From a virus (lineage: Duplodnaviria > Caudoviricetes), in the IMG/VR virus record IMGVR_UViG_3300022670_000174, positions 1 to 43,302 of that record: a stretch of DNA of 43,302 nt, one strand, 5' to 3'. Under the pieces are notes generated by a model, which searched no databases, was not told the DNA's origin, and worked only from the letters and a program-made list of their open reading frames with translations. This document shows, piece after piece, positions 7,780 through 15,792 of this stretch (its first letter is position 1; every line of letters starts with the position of its first letter). Position numbers and translations under genes: made by a program.

Positions 7780-8853
7780 ATGGGTAATGCATTAGTAAAT
7801 ATAGAAAAAGGTAGTGAACTTACCGCTCTATCTACACAAAAAGGAATAGATAGCCTTTTAAAACGTGCTAAGGATGCGGTAAAAAATAGCGATGGCGGCA
7901 ACCTTGAAACCAAGGTAGGCAGAGCAAAAATAAGAAGTAATGCCTTCCAAGCTACCAAGTTAAAAACGTTGATGGAAAAAGAGGCAAGTAAATTAATTGC
8001 TGGCATTGAGGAAAATATAGCGCCAGAGCTAGAAAAAATAGTAAATATAAAAAAATACAGCAAAGAATTAGGTTTGGGTTTGGATAAAGTTAGGGCTGAT
8101 ACTAACGCAGAAGTAAAAGCAGTCGAGGATAAACTACAGTTAATCGAAGATGAAAAAATCAAACAGGTTGAATTAAAAGAGTTAGCAATTAAAAAAGAAA
8201 ACGATCATGAAATCGGTTTATTGCTAAACGAAAAGCTTGATCGTGATGCTGCCGAATTGAAAATCAAACTTGAAGCGGATAAAAAAGCCGAAGATGAACG
8301 CCTTGAAAAAGAACGTATCGACCGCGAAGAAAAATTAAAAATTCAGGCAGCTAAAGAGGCAACGGAGAAAGCCGAACGTCTTGCCAAAGAAGAACGTGAG
8401 CGAGTTGAAAAGGAAAAACAGAAACTTATCAATGATGCAGCGGCGGCAGAGCGTGAAAAAATCGCAGCACAAGAACGGGAAAAGTTAGCGACAGAGCAAG
8501 CGGAAAGGAACAGAATTTACCTTGAAGAAAAAGCAAAACAAGACGCTATCGACGCAGAAAACAATCGATTAGATGGTATTAAAAATGCAAAGAAGGATGC
8601 CGACAACGCTGAAAAAAAACGCTTGGCAGATGTAGAACAAGCAAAACAAGATGAAATACTAAGGCAGCAGGAAAAAATTAGAATCACCAACGAAGAAACC
8701 AGGAAGCGTGAAGCCAATAAACAATATCGGGCGAAAGTTCACAGAGGAATATTGGCAGTGTTGATTAAAAATGGCATCAGTGAAGATGATGGCAAAACAA
8801 TGATAAAACTGGCCGCGAAAGGTTTGCTTCCTCAGTTATCAATTAACTATTAA
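7780..8853 (+). CDS. Long charged coiled-coil protein (TolA-like composition)
   Basis: E/K/A-rich helical body and a conserved-looking C-terminal tail ending LSINY; function unknown. Confidence 0.75.
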   Translation: MGNALVNIEKGSELTALSTQKGIDSLLKRAKDAVKNSDGGNLETKVGRAKIRSNAFQATKLKTLMEKEASKLIAGIEENIAPELEKIVNIKKYSKELGLGLDKVRADTNAEVKAVEDKLQLIEDEKIKQVELKELAIKKENDHEIGLLLNEKLDRDAAELKIKLEADKKAEDERLEKERIDREEKLKIQAAKEATEKAERLAKEERERVEKEKQKLINDAAAAEREKIAAQEREKLATEQAERNRIYLEEKAKQDAIDAENNRLDGIKNAKKDADNAEKKRLADVEQAKQDEILRQQEKIRITNEETRKREANKQYRAKVHRGILAVLIKNGISEDDGKTMIKLAAKGLLPQLSINY

Positions 8854-8864
8854 CAGGAACCACT

Positions 8865-9107
8865 TTGAAATATTTACACAAAGGTATGGAGAGCGATAAA
8901 ACAATATCGCTCATCCTTAAACTAACAAAAATTACTAGTGATAATCTAAAAGCGGCAATATATGATCACTTTGTAAAAGATTATTCTATCAGCCAGAGTT
9001 CAGCAATAAATTGTGTTCCTCAGCCAAAATTAACAAACGCTGTAAAGAGATTGAATGAAATTGCTGAAATAGCTAATAAAATAAGTCATGCTAAATATAC
9101 TAGTTAA
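8865..9107 (+). CDS. PapB/FocB-like transcription regulator
   Basis: LILKLTKITSDNLKAAIYDHFVKDYS...KLTNAVKRL parallels the PapB-family HTH pattern; TTG start after AGGA. Confidence 0.6.
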   Translation: MKYLHKGMESDKTISLILKLTKITSDNLKAAIYDHFVKDYSISQSSAINCVPQPKLTNAVKRLNEIAEIANKISHAKYTS

Positions 9108-9130
9108 GTGGTATATATTTAACAATAAAC

Positions 9131-9167
9131 GTGGGTGTAATTAGTAAGTATAATACTAAGCACCCAC
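9131..9167 (+). promoter_or_regulatory. Imperfect palindrome containing a TATAAT box
   Basis: GTGGGTG(9131-9137)/CACCCAC(9161-9167) and TTAGTA/TACTAA arms; TATAAT at 9149-9154. Confidence 0.45.
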
Positions 9168-9187
9168 AATAACCGAATGGAGGATTT

Positions 9188-9562
9188 ATGTTTGAACAAA
9201 AATCTTTTCAACAAAGAGTTAAACCTTGGCTATTAACTTGTTTTGGAATAAAAATATCCAACGATACAACTGAGCGCAATCATCGTTTTCTTGAAGAGGC
9301 TTTAGAGTTAGTTCAAGCGTGTGGTTGTACTCAAAGTGAATCCCATCAGTTGGTTGATTATGTGTTTAATCGTCCTGTTGGTGAAAAATATCAAGAGGTT
9401 GGTGGAGTAATGGTCACGCTAGCTGCTTTATGTCTTGCACAAGTAGAAAAAATCGAGATGCACAATTGTGGTGAAATAGAGCTTGCGCGTATTTGGACTT
9501 GCGTTGAAAAAATACAGGCGAAGCAAGAAGCAAAACCAAAACATTCACCATTACCAATGTAA
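9188..9562 (+). CDS. MazG-like all-alpha NTP pyrophosphohydrolase
   Basis: RFLEEALELVQ ... QEVGGVMVTL, an EExxE...E pattern; GGAGG RBS. Confidence 0.6.
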   Translation: MFEQKSFQQRVKPWLLTCFGIKISNDTTERNHRFLEEALELVQACGCTQSESHQLVDYVFNRPVGEKYQEVGGVMVTLAALCLAQVEKIEMHNCGEIELARIWTCVEKIQAKQEAKPKHSPLPM

Positions 9563-9580
9563 TAACAGATAGGAGCATTT

Positions 9581-9730
9581 ATGAATAAATATCACCCTAT
9601 TCCATACGATTTTTTCGGCGTTAAATTGTGGGCTGTAGAGGATTCAACAGGTTATATACAAAAATATTGCGATACAAAGCAAGATGCGATAAACCACTGT
9701 GAGGAATTAAACGAAAAACAACAGATATAG
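9581..9730 (+). CDS. Hypothetical protein (49 aa), not in ORF track
   Basis: AGGAG RBS; MNKYHPIPYDFFGVKLWAVEDSTGYIQKYCDTKQDAINHCEELNEKQQI. Confidence 0.6.
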   Translation: MNKYHPIPYDFFGVKLWAVEDSTGYIQKYCDTKQDAINHCEELNEKQQI

Positions 9731-9738
9731 GAACAGCT

Positions 9739-10017
9739 ATGAAAACATTTGAATCATTTGCGTTGTCAACGATAGCTACATTAATATTATTGTCTATTTT
9801 ATTCGGGTTTGGTTTTTTTATGTCGTTTATGTATGACATTGAGGTAAAATCAAATATTGAAAATCCTGAATTTAATTTATTTATGGTCAGGTTGCTTATC
9901 GGAGTTATGTTCTTAGGTGTTATGAAAGGAGCATTGTCAATTTGGGATTTCTTTATATTTAGTTTTAAAACTTGCCAAAAATTCGACAAAAAACGGATAA
10001 AATCGCTAGGAGAATAA
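9739..10017 (+). CDS. Two-TM membrane protein
   Basis: Two hydrophobic segments and a basic C-terminal tail; AGGA RBS. Confidence 0.7.
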   Translation: MKTFESFALSTIATLILLSILFGFGFFMSFMYDIEVKSNIENPEFNLFMVRLLIGVMFLGVMKGALSIWDFFIFSFKTCQKFDKKRIKSLGE

Positions 10018-10018
10018 A

Positions 10019-10285
10019 ATGATAGTAGGCGTAGCAATAAGAAGCGAAAAAGTTATTATTATGTTGCCTAAACCAAATAGGCATTGTGATTGTTTTAGGT
10101 ATTTGGCAGAACTAGGAATTAATTGTGCAAAAAGTAAGATTGGAAGACCTGCCGAAAGTCAAGGTTTCTATACTCATACTGGGAAATATCTTAACAGGCG
10201 CCAGGTATATAAATACGTCAAGCGAATTAAACAGACTATTTGCCCCGAAGCGAATAAATATTTATTTAGTGAAGATTTATGGTAA
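10019..10285 (+). CDS. Hypothetical phage protein
   Basis: 88 aa with RH, QGFYT..G.YLNR and LFSEDLW motifs, a pattern I associate with small phage hypotheticals. Confidence 0.7.
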   Translation: MIVGVAIRSEKVIIMLPKPNRHCDCFRYLAELGINCAKSKIGRPAESQGFYTHTGKYLNRRQVYKYVKRIKQTICPEANKYLFSEDLW

Positions 10286-10320
10286 ACAAGTTAACAGATA
10301 GAAGCGCGGAGGGCGCATCA

Positions 10321-10644
10321 ATGAAAATTAAAACATTTTGGAAATTATACATAGTGGCATTTATTACACTGTTGTTTATAAGCCTGAGTACGTGCGCTAT
10401 CGAACAGGACAAAGAAAAGCATTTAGTTTCTTCATCGATAATCAGCGCAGTCATTTACCAAAAAACCAAAAGCAAGAAAAAGGCTTTTTACGGTTGTATG
10501 GCTGTTGGAGTATTAAAGGAATTAACCGACAAAAAAGTAAGCGGAAAAGATTTGTTGGCTGATATGGCCGGTTGTGCCTTGATTCCTTATGGTATTCGTT
10601 TTGTTAAAGATGGAATTAAACTACAAAGAACATGGAGATTTTAA
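10321..10644 (+). CDS. YfiM/DUF2279-like membrane protein
   Basis: Signal-like N-terminus, DKEKH...GVLKELTD...S.KDLLAD.AG motif; start reassigned to ATG 10321 (GGAGG RBS). Confidence 0.6.
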   Translation: MKIKTFWKLYIVAFITLLFISLSTCAIEQDKEKHLVSSSIISAVIYQKTKSKKKAFYGCMAVGVLKELTDKKVSGKDLLADMAGCALIPYGIRFVKDGIKLQRTWRF

Positions 10645-10645
10645 G

Positions 10646-10837
10646 ATGAGCATATACGGACACTTGCTATGCTTGGATTGTAAAGAAATGCATTGGATTA
10701 AAGATTCTGACGGCCCTTTAGATGGTGATTTAGAAAAGTCAGGGGAATTTTTAGAAAAACATAAAAACCATAAGCTTGAATACGTGCACGATGATGATAA
10801 AAGGGTGTGCTATTCAGAAGAATACAAAGATTTCTAG
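10646..10837 (+). CDS. Small Cys/His zinc-binding-like protein
   Basis: CLDCKE ... FLEKHKNH; start reassigned to ATG 10646 (GGAG RBS). Confidence 0.6.
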   Translation: MSIYGHLLCLDCKEMHWIKDSDGPLDGDLEKSGEFLEKHKNHKLEYVHDDDKRVCYSEEYKDF

Positions 10838-10848
10838 CGAGGTTTATC

Positions 10849-11442
10849 ATGGACGTACCATTAGAAGTAACAGTAACTATTGTTTATACACAGGCGGCTA
10901 TAATTGAAAACGGCAGCATAGGCGAACTATTGGTTAATCACGTAAACGATGCCTTATACGTTAACAGGCTGTCAGAAACAAAACGTTGCCCACGCTCAAG
11001 GCGAGAAGGTTGCCAAATAACAACGCGAACTTTAAAGCTTGATAAAGAATATGTTTTACAATCAGAATTCCCGACTGACTGGGTAAGGGCCAGCAGCATT
11101 GTAATAACGGCAGCATGGCACCTTGACGAAGCTTGGGCAAACGAAGCGAGCGACGTTAGTGATTCGGATATACTTGTAATTATCACCGCTGACAGCGAGA
11201 CTCAGGGCGAAACAAAATTTAACGGTTGGGCCTATGGTGGCGTTATCTGGCTTAATGGTTGGAAGTCTGTAAACACTGAACTTTTCCCGCATGAATTCGC
11301 GCACATAGCCGGGGCAAAACATACCGATGAACCAGATAGATTAATGAATCCTATTGTTACTACTGACAAAATGACATATCAGACCATGAGGTCTATAATT
11401 GAGTATTTTCGTGATCATGGTATAGTTACACCTAACCCATAA
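10849..11442 (+). CDS. Zinc metalloprotease, metzincin type
   Basis: HEFAHIAGAKH (HExxHxxGxxH) followed by a Met-turn (RLMNP); start reassigned to ATG 10849 (GAGG RBS). Confidence 0.8.
   Translation: MDVPLEVTVTIVYTQAAIIENGSIGELLVNHVNDALYVNRLSETKRCPRSRREGCQITTRTLKLDKEYVLQSEFPTDWVRASSIVITAAWHLDEAWANEASDVSDSDILVIITADSETQGETKFNGWAYGGVIWLNGWKSVNTELFPHEFAHIAGAKHTDEPDRLMNPIVTTDKMTYQTMRSIIEYFRDHGIVTPNP
11399..11426 (+). promoter_or_regulatory. Putative promoter of the late/lysis-structural operon, inside the 3' end of the protease gene
   Basis: TTGAGT(11399-11404)-16 bp-TATAGT(11421-11426) with extended -10 TG. Confidence 0.55.
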
Positions 11443-11457
11443 ACCAACGGAGTTCTC

Positions 11458-11526
11458 ATGGCTGCAAACGACGATAAAGACAAACCACCAATTCCACCAC
11501 CGCCTCCACCACCTGGCGGCGGTTAA
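11458..11526 (+). CDS. 22-aa polyproline peptide, not in ORF track
   Basis: GGAG RBS at 11449-11452; MAANDDKDKPPIPPPPPPPGGG*; prolines use mixed codons (CCA/CCG/CCT); stop 1 nt before the next ATG. Confidence 0.75.
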   Translation: MAANDDKDKPPIPPPPPPPGGG

Positions 11527-11527
11527 A

Positions 11528-12046
11528 ATGGCATTGTTAGTTATATTGGCGTTATGGTTTTTCGTTATAGCTTTATTTGCTGATCGAAGATATCGTTACA
11601 GCGCCATTATTTTACTTGTTGCCAGTGCTTGTAACGCCATCATGATTAGTGTTGGAATATTCGAACCTATGTCATATATAGAAGCTAAACAAGTATTAAT
11701 TAAATTTGATGGGGTTGTCGCTGTAGTATTAATTTCATTCTTAATCAAATACAAAAATGCAAGACGATTGTCAATTTTAGCAGTATTTGCGGTGTTTTGT
11801 CATGCAATGGTAATACATCATTTAGAAATAGGGAAGTCTGGTTTTTTCTACACGTACTATGATCAGTTAATTGTAACTATTAGTGTTCTACAAATGTTGG
11901 TGACTAAAGATGGACTTGTTAACGCTTACAAAAATGCTATTGACACATTTAATCGAAAATCAATACAAATACGAATCTGCCATATTTATTTTATATGTTA
12001 TCGTGAAGATTGGCTTGTACATCTACAAAGTGGAGCTCGCACGTGA
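11528..12046 (+). CDS. Polytopic membrane protein (~5 TM)
   Basis: Multiple hydrophobic segments; positioned for translational coupling to the polyproline ORF. Confidence 0.75.
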   Translation: MALLVILALWFFVIALFADRRYRYSAIILLVASACNAIMISVGIFEPMSYIEAKQVLIKFDGVVAVVLISFLIKYKNARRLSILAVFAVFCHAMVIHHLEIGKSGFFYTYYDQLIVTISVLQMLVTKDGLVNAYKNAIDTFNRKSIQIRICHIYFICYREDWLVHLQSGART

Positions 12047-12116
12047 ACAACTTCGTAACAACGGATTTGGCGAATGGTACCGTAAAGTCAGGCGGCGTTT
12101 TGGCCCTTGGAAGTAG
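11910..12116 (+). CDS. Overlapping single-TM protein (alternative frame)
   Basis: SAIFILYVIVKIGLYIY hydrophobic segment plus basic tail; lies entirely over neighbouring genes; weak RBS. Confidence 0.35.
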   Translation: MDLLTLTKMLLTHLIENQYKYESAIFILYVIVKIGLYIYKVELAREQLRNNGFGEWYRKVRRRFGPWK

Positions 12117-12348
12117 CATATTATCATTCGCTGATCAATACGCGGTAGGTATAGGAATATTAATAGCTTTTTTAACACTTGTAACGGGATGGATTTTTAA
12201 GTGGATAGACTATCGCCGTGATCGTAGAATCGCAGAAAACACAAAACGCATAGTAGATATTGAAAAAGTCTATAAAAAAGAAAAAGAAATTAACATTAAA
12301 CTTGAACGAAAACTAACAGCGATCGAAGAACGTCAAGAGAAGAGGTAA
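12043..12348 (+). CDS. Putative holin
   Basis: GTG start overlapping the upstream stop (GTGA) with GGAG RBS; AVGIGILIAFLTLVTGWIFKW TM followed by a highly charged tail, like HP1-type small holins. Confidence 0.6.
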   Translation: MNNFVTTDLANGTVKSGGVLALGSSILSFADQYAVGIGILIAFLTLVTGWIFKWIDYRRDRRIAENTKRIVDIEKVYKKEKEINIKLERKLTAIEERQEKR

Positions 12349-12350
12349 TC

Positions 12351-12644
12351 ATGTCATTATTCACAAGGTTAGCTGGCACTTCGGAACCTAAAATAGCTAT
12401 CCATTTATTTCACTCCCTTCTTGATGAGTCTAAACAATCTCGGATCAATGGTAATGATGCTGCTACAATAATGGATTTATCAGCGGATGAAAAAACCGAT
12501 GCAATTACTATTATTCAAAAATTATCGACAGAAAATCAGTATAGACGGTTTTTTAATTATCTCTGTCTTGGTGAACTCGGTGTCAAAACACCACATGACT
12601 ATACTGATGAGGCGCTGTTCTGGATAGCATTGGATAGCTTCTGA
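12351..12644 (+). CDS. Hypothetical protein
   Basis: 97 aa, GAGG RBS, stop overlaps the next start. Confidence 0.7.
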   Translation: MSLFTRLAGTSEPKIAIHLFHSLLDESKQSRINGNDAATIMDLSADEKTDAITIIQKLSTENQYRRFFNYLCLGELGVKTPHDYTDEALFWIALDSF

Positions 12645-14425
12645 TGGCTGATGTCAATTTTAAAGTCGTAAGAGTAGCGTTAAATACATCTACAGGCACC
12701 CAAGACATCACGATAAGTGGATTTGGCACCCCCAAAGCAGCCATATTTTACAGTGATGGTGTCTTAACAGACGATACTATAACAAATTCAACTCGCAATA
12801 GCGTTGGTTATACAGATGGCACGAACGAGGCAGTAGTTGCAAACTTCTCTCTTAATGGATTTTCTGCGAGTGACACATCAAGATTACACAGAACTGATAG
12901 TGTTATTTTGGTCATATCCCAAACAGCGGAAACTGGAAGAGCAAATTTTGATAGCTTTATAACGGACGGCGTTAGAATTGACATCACAGATGCACCACCA
13001 ACCGCTAATTTTGTTACGGTCATACTCATTAATGGTGATGATGTATCAGACGTAAAGGTTGAAACAAAGCAATTAACTACTACGTCAACTGTAATAACTA
13101 CGGTCGGTTTTGAGTCTTCGTTGGTTTTCCTTAACTCAGTGGGAATTAATGCAATAGATGGTTCAGTAGGTGGACAGGCTTTAATGTCCAATGGAATCGC
13201 CGTTAATGATGGTTCAGATTCAAATTTTGGCATATTACAATTTGACCAAGACGCACAAGGGACTTCAAATACAGGTCAATTTACGTCAAATACGGATTCA
13301 GTAGGACAATTTTTCAACAATTCACTTACTTGGGGTGGGGATGTAAATACCTACACTTCAACAGGGTTCACAATATCAACAAGCGCATCCCCTGGAGATG
13401 ATTTTGTTTCATATCTAGCTTTAAAATTTACGAATTCACCGCTAGTTGATGTATCTATCGTAGATTCGCCTACAGCAACCGGTGATAAAAGTTTTGGTTC
13501 TACGGCTTCCCAACCTGATTTTAATTTGATGATAACGGGTAACAGCACTGCATTAGACACAAATACAAGTGGGGTTGGGTTTTCTACTTTCGTCGCAGAT
13601 GCAACAAATCAGTTCGGCAATAGTTACTCAATGGAAGATGCAGCAGCTACAATGGTAGTAGATAGTATTTCTGCAAGTGGTAACTTAGTCCAATTATTTA
13701 ATGGTGTTAAAGAGTTTGAAGCAAGTTTTACAAACTTTACATCATCAGGCGCGGATTTTAATTTCTCTACTGTTGATGGCACAGCGAGAAAGTGGATATC
13801 TTTATTTATTGGTTCAGGAGCAGCATCAACAGGCGTAACAGTTAATGATCTAAGTCAATCGCAAACAATCGATCAACCAGCATTAACGCAGCACAACATT
13901 TTGGCAATAAACGATTTATCAAACGCACAAACAATCGATCAAGTTACGTTGACTCAGGTGCATATTTTATCCGTTAATAGCCTTGATGTTTCTCAAACAA
14001 TAGACCAGTTGAATTTAACGCAACAAAACGTTTTATCTGTCAATGATGCGTCGCAAAACCAAACAATCGACCAAATAAACCTAACACAGCACAATATTTT
14101 ATCAGTTGACGAGTTATTGCAATCACAAGGATTAGATGTTGTCACGTTATCAACAATAACTAGTGCTTTATTATCGATCGTAAACTTATCACAAAATCAA
14201 ACTATCGATGCTAATCAATTGGTACAGCATAGCGTTTTAAGCGTAAATGACTTATCACAAGCTCAATTAATTGATGTTGTAAATTTTGCCGGTATAGTGG
14301 TTGGATTTCTTGAGGGTGAATTATCTATCGTTTATGCGTATAATAACCAAACAATGATAACAAATGCTTTAACTGGCGAAACTAGCATAATTGAAAACTT
14401 AACGGGCGAGAGTGAAATATTATGA
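12644..14425 (+). CDS. Putative virion fibre/appendage protein with C-terminal 22-aa repeats
   Basis: S/T/G/N-rich beta-type N-terminal ~390 aa, then ~7 repeats of approximate consensus LSVNDLSQxQTIDQxxLTQxNI. Confidence 0.6.
   Translation: MADVNFKVVRVALNTSTGTQDITISGFGTPKAAIFYSDGVLTDDTITNSTRNSVGYTDGTNEAVVANFSLNGFSASDTSRLHRTDSVILVISQTAETGRANFDSFITDGVRIDITDAPPTANFVTVILINGDDVSDVKVETKQLTTTSTVITTVGFESSLVFLNSVGINAIDGSVGGQALMSNGIAVNDGSDSNFGILQFDQDAQGTSNTGQFTSNTDSVGQFFNNSLTWGGDVNTYTSTGFTISTSASPGDDFVSYLALKFTNSPLVDVSIVDSPTATGDKSFGSTASQPDFNLMITGNSTALDTNTSGVGFSTFVADATNQFGNSYSMEDAAATMVVDSISASGNLVQLFNGVKEFEASFTNFTSSGADFNFSTVDGTARKWISLFIGSGAASTGVTVNDLSQSQTIDQPALTQHNILAINDLSNAQTIDQVTLTQVHILSVNSLDVSQTIDQLNLTQQNVLSVNDASQNQTIDQINLTQHNILSVDELLQSQGLDVVTLSTITSALLSIVNLSQNQTIDANQLVQHSVLSVNDLSQAQLIDVVNFAGIVVGFLEGELSIVYAYNNQTMITNALTGETSIIENLTGESEIL
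13841..14290 (+). repeat. ~7 degenerate 66-nt (22-aa) coding repeats
   Basis: CAAACAAT(C/A)GA(T/C)CA recurs at 66-nt intervals (13862, 13928, 13994, 14060). Confidence 0.85.
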
Positions 14426-14787
14426 GCAAATCAATACCATTAACGAATATAGACTTAATGCTTGCCATTGTTGAAGGAACTGACTTGCATGTTAATTCAG
14501 CAGAACCAACAACGTTCACAGAGGCAACAACCACTTTTCAATTGGCTAGCTTCTCATTAAGCTCACCTTACACGAAAGCGAATGGTGATGTTTCAGGACG
14601 CAAAAACACTTTAGCTGCACAACTTGCAGCACTTATCGATAATACTGGCACAGCAACACATGTTTCTGTCACCACACTGACCGGAACAGTGCTTGAACTA
14701 GTAACCACTACGGTTAGTCAGTTGCTCACATCAGGCGGCACCGTGGACACATCAGCATTCGATCACGAAATTGAACAGGCGACTTAA
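14422..14787 (+). CDS. Small beta-rich virion protein (putative fibre subunit)
   Basis: LHVNSAEP, NGDVSGRK, GTATH motifs; Thr-rich; ATGA overlap with the repeat protein. Confidence 0.55.
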   Translation: MSKSIPLTNIDLMLAIVEGTDLHVNSAEPTTFTEATTTFQLASFSLSSPYTKANGDVSGRKNTLAAQLAALIDNTGTATHVSVTTLTGTVLELVTTTVSQLLTSGGTVDTSAFDHEIEQAT

Positions 14788-14789
14788 TC

Positions 14790-15014
14790 ATGACTTTACG
14801 TAAAATAGAAATATTGGAAAAAGGCGGCATCAAAGAAGGTATTCTTGAGCGTCAATTTGGTGACATTTGCTCAATTGACCACGACCTGGCAACGGCTTAT
14901 ATTCAAGCGGGTTTAGCTAAAGACGTTAAAACCGGCGAAGTGGGCAAGCGTGTCGAAGGTGTATCAAAGATAAAGATTGATAAAATTACTTCTATTATTT
15001 CGAGTAACAAGTAA
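14790..15014 (+). CDS. Hypothetical protein
   Basis: 74 aa, operon-packed. Confidence 0.65.
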   Translation: MTLRKIEILEKGGIKEGILERQFGDICSIDHDLATAYIQAGLAKDVKTGEVGKRVEGVSKIKIDKITSIISSNK

Positions 15015-15328
15015 TGTCGTTATCGCCCGATAATTCAACGGTAATAAGCCACACGGTAACAAACCCGCTACAAGAGCCTACGGAAGTAAACGACGCTACT
15101 GTGACGGTAACAATCCTTGACAGCAACGATGTTGAATTAGTTGGCGAGTCATGGCCGGTCACTTTACCTTTTGTTTCCGGCTCAAAGGGCGTGTATCGAA
15201 AAACATTTGACCCATTTGTAAACCTTATTGTTGGCGATATATATAAAATAATATTAAACGTTGTCGGCGCAGACAGCTTAAAAAGCGAATGTGAAACCAA
15301 ATGCCGCGCAACAAGTAGAATTTGTTAG
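15014..15328 (+). CDS. Small Ig-like/beta-sandwich protein
   Basis: VNDATVTVTILD...WPVTLPFVSGSKGVY...GDIYKIILNV strand pattern. Confidence 0.55.
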   Translation: MSLSPDNSTVISHTVTNPLQEPTEVNDATVTVTILDSNDVELVGESWPVTLPFVSGSKGVYRKTFDPFVNLIVGDIYKIILNVVGADSLKSECETKCRATSRIC

Positions 15329-15369
15329 TCAAATCAATAGTTTACAGTACGAATATAAACGGATGAAAC

Positions 15370-15792
15370 ATGGATAAAGAACAAACCATTTTATTTGTCA
15401 AATTAACAAAATTGCAACAACATGTGGCGATAGCAAAGCTTCATGGAGAAAACATAAGAAAAGCTTACCGAGTAGGCGGCGGAAAGGCTAAGACTGATAA
15501 TGCAACCGATAACGCAATATGCATCATGCTAAAAAATGCAAAGGTAAATGATTTTATTGTTTTCATGTCTGAAGAGGCTGTTGAAAGAGCGCTGTGCACG
15601 ACTGAAGACGTTGTAAAGGGATTACTTAAGGAAGCCACCATAGGCAAAGAAAAAGCCGACGAAACAACACCAGCAAGCAGAGTTTCAGCGTTAAAGGCTT
15701 TATCAGATTACACTGGCGGCTTTGATAACAACGTAAACAAAATAAAAGCCCAAATAGTTGAAAAATCTTTTAATGATTTCTACGATGAATAA
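15370..15792 (+). CDS. terS: Terminase small subunit
   Basis: N-terminal HTH-like AYRVGG..., C-terminal RVSALKALSDYTGGF; immediately upstream of terL. Confidence 0.8.
   Translation: MDKEQTILFVKLTKLQQHVAIAKLHGENIRKAYRVGGGKAKTDNATDNAICIMLKNAKVNDFIVFMSEEAVERALCTTEDVVKGLLKEATIGKEKADETTPASRVSALKALSDYTGGFDNNVNKIKAQIVEKSFNDFYDE

Noticed and set aside
7780-8853. True TolA or a second tape measure protein
   Set aside because: No N-terminal TM anchor or TolA C-domain; similarity is compositional only, and it lies in the early recombination operon
13841-14290. CRISPR-like or mini-array interpretation of the 66-nt periodic repeats
   Set aside because: Repeats are in-frame, degenerate at synonymous positions and lack a repeat-spacer structure
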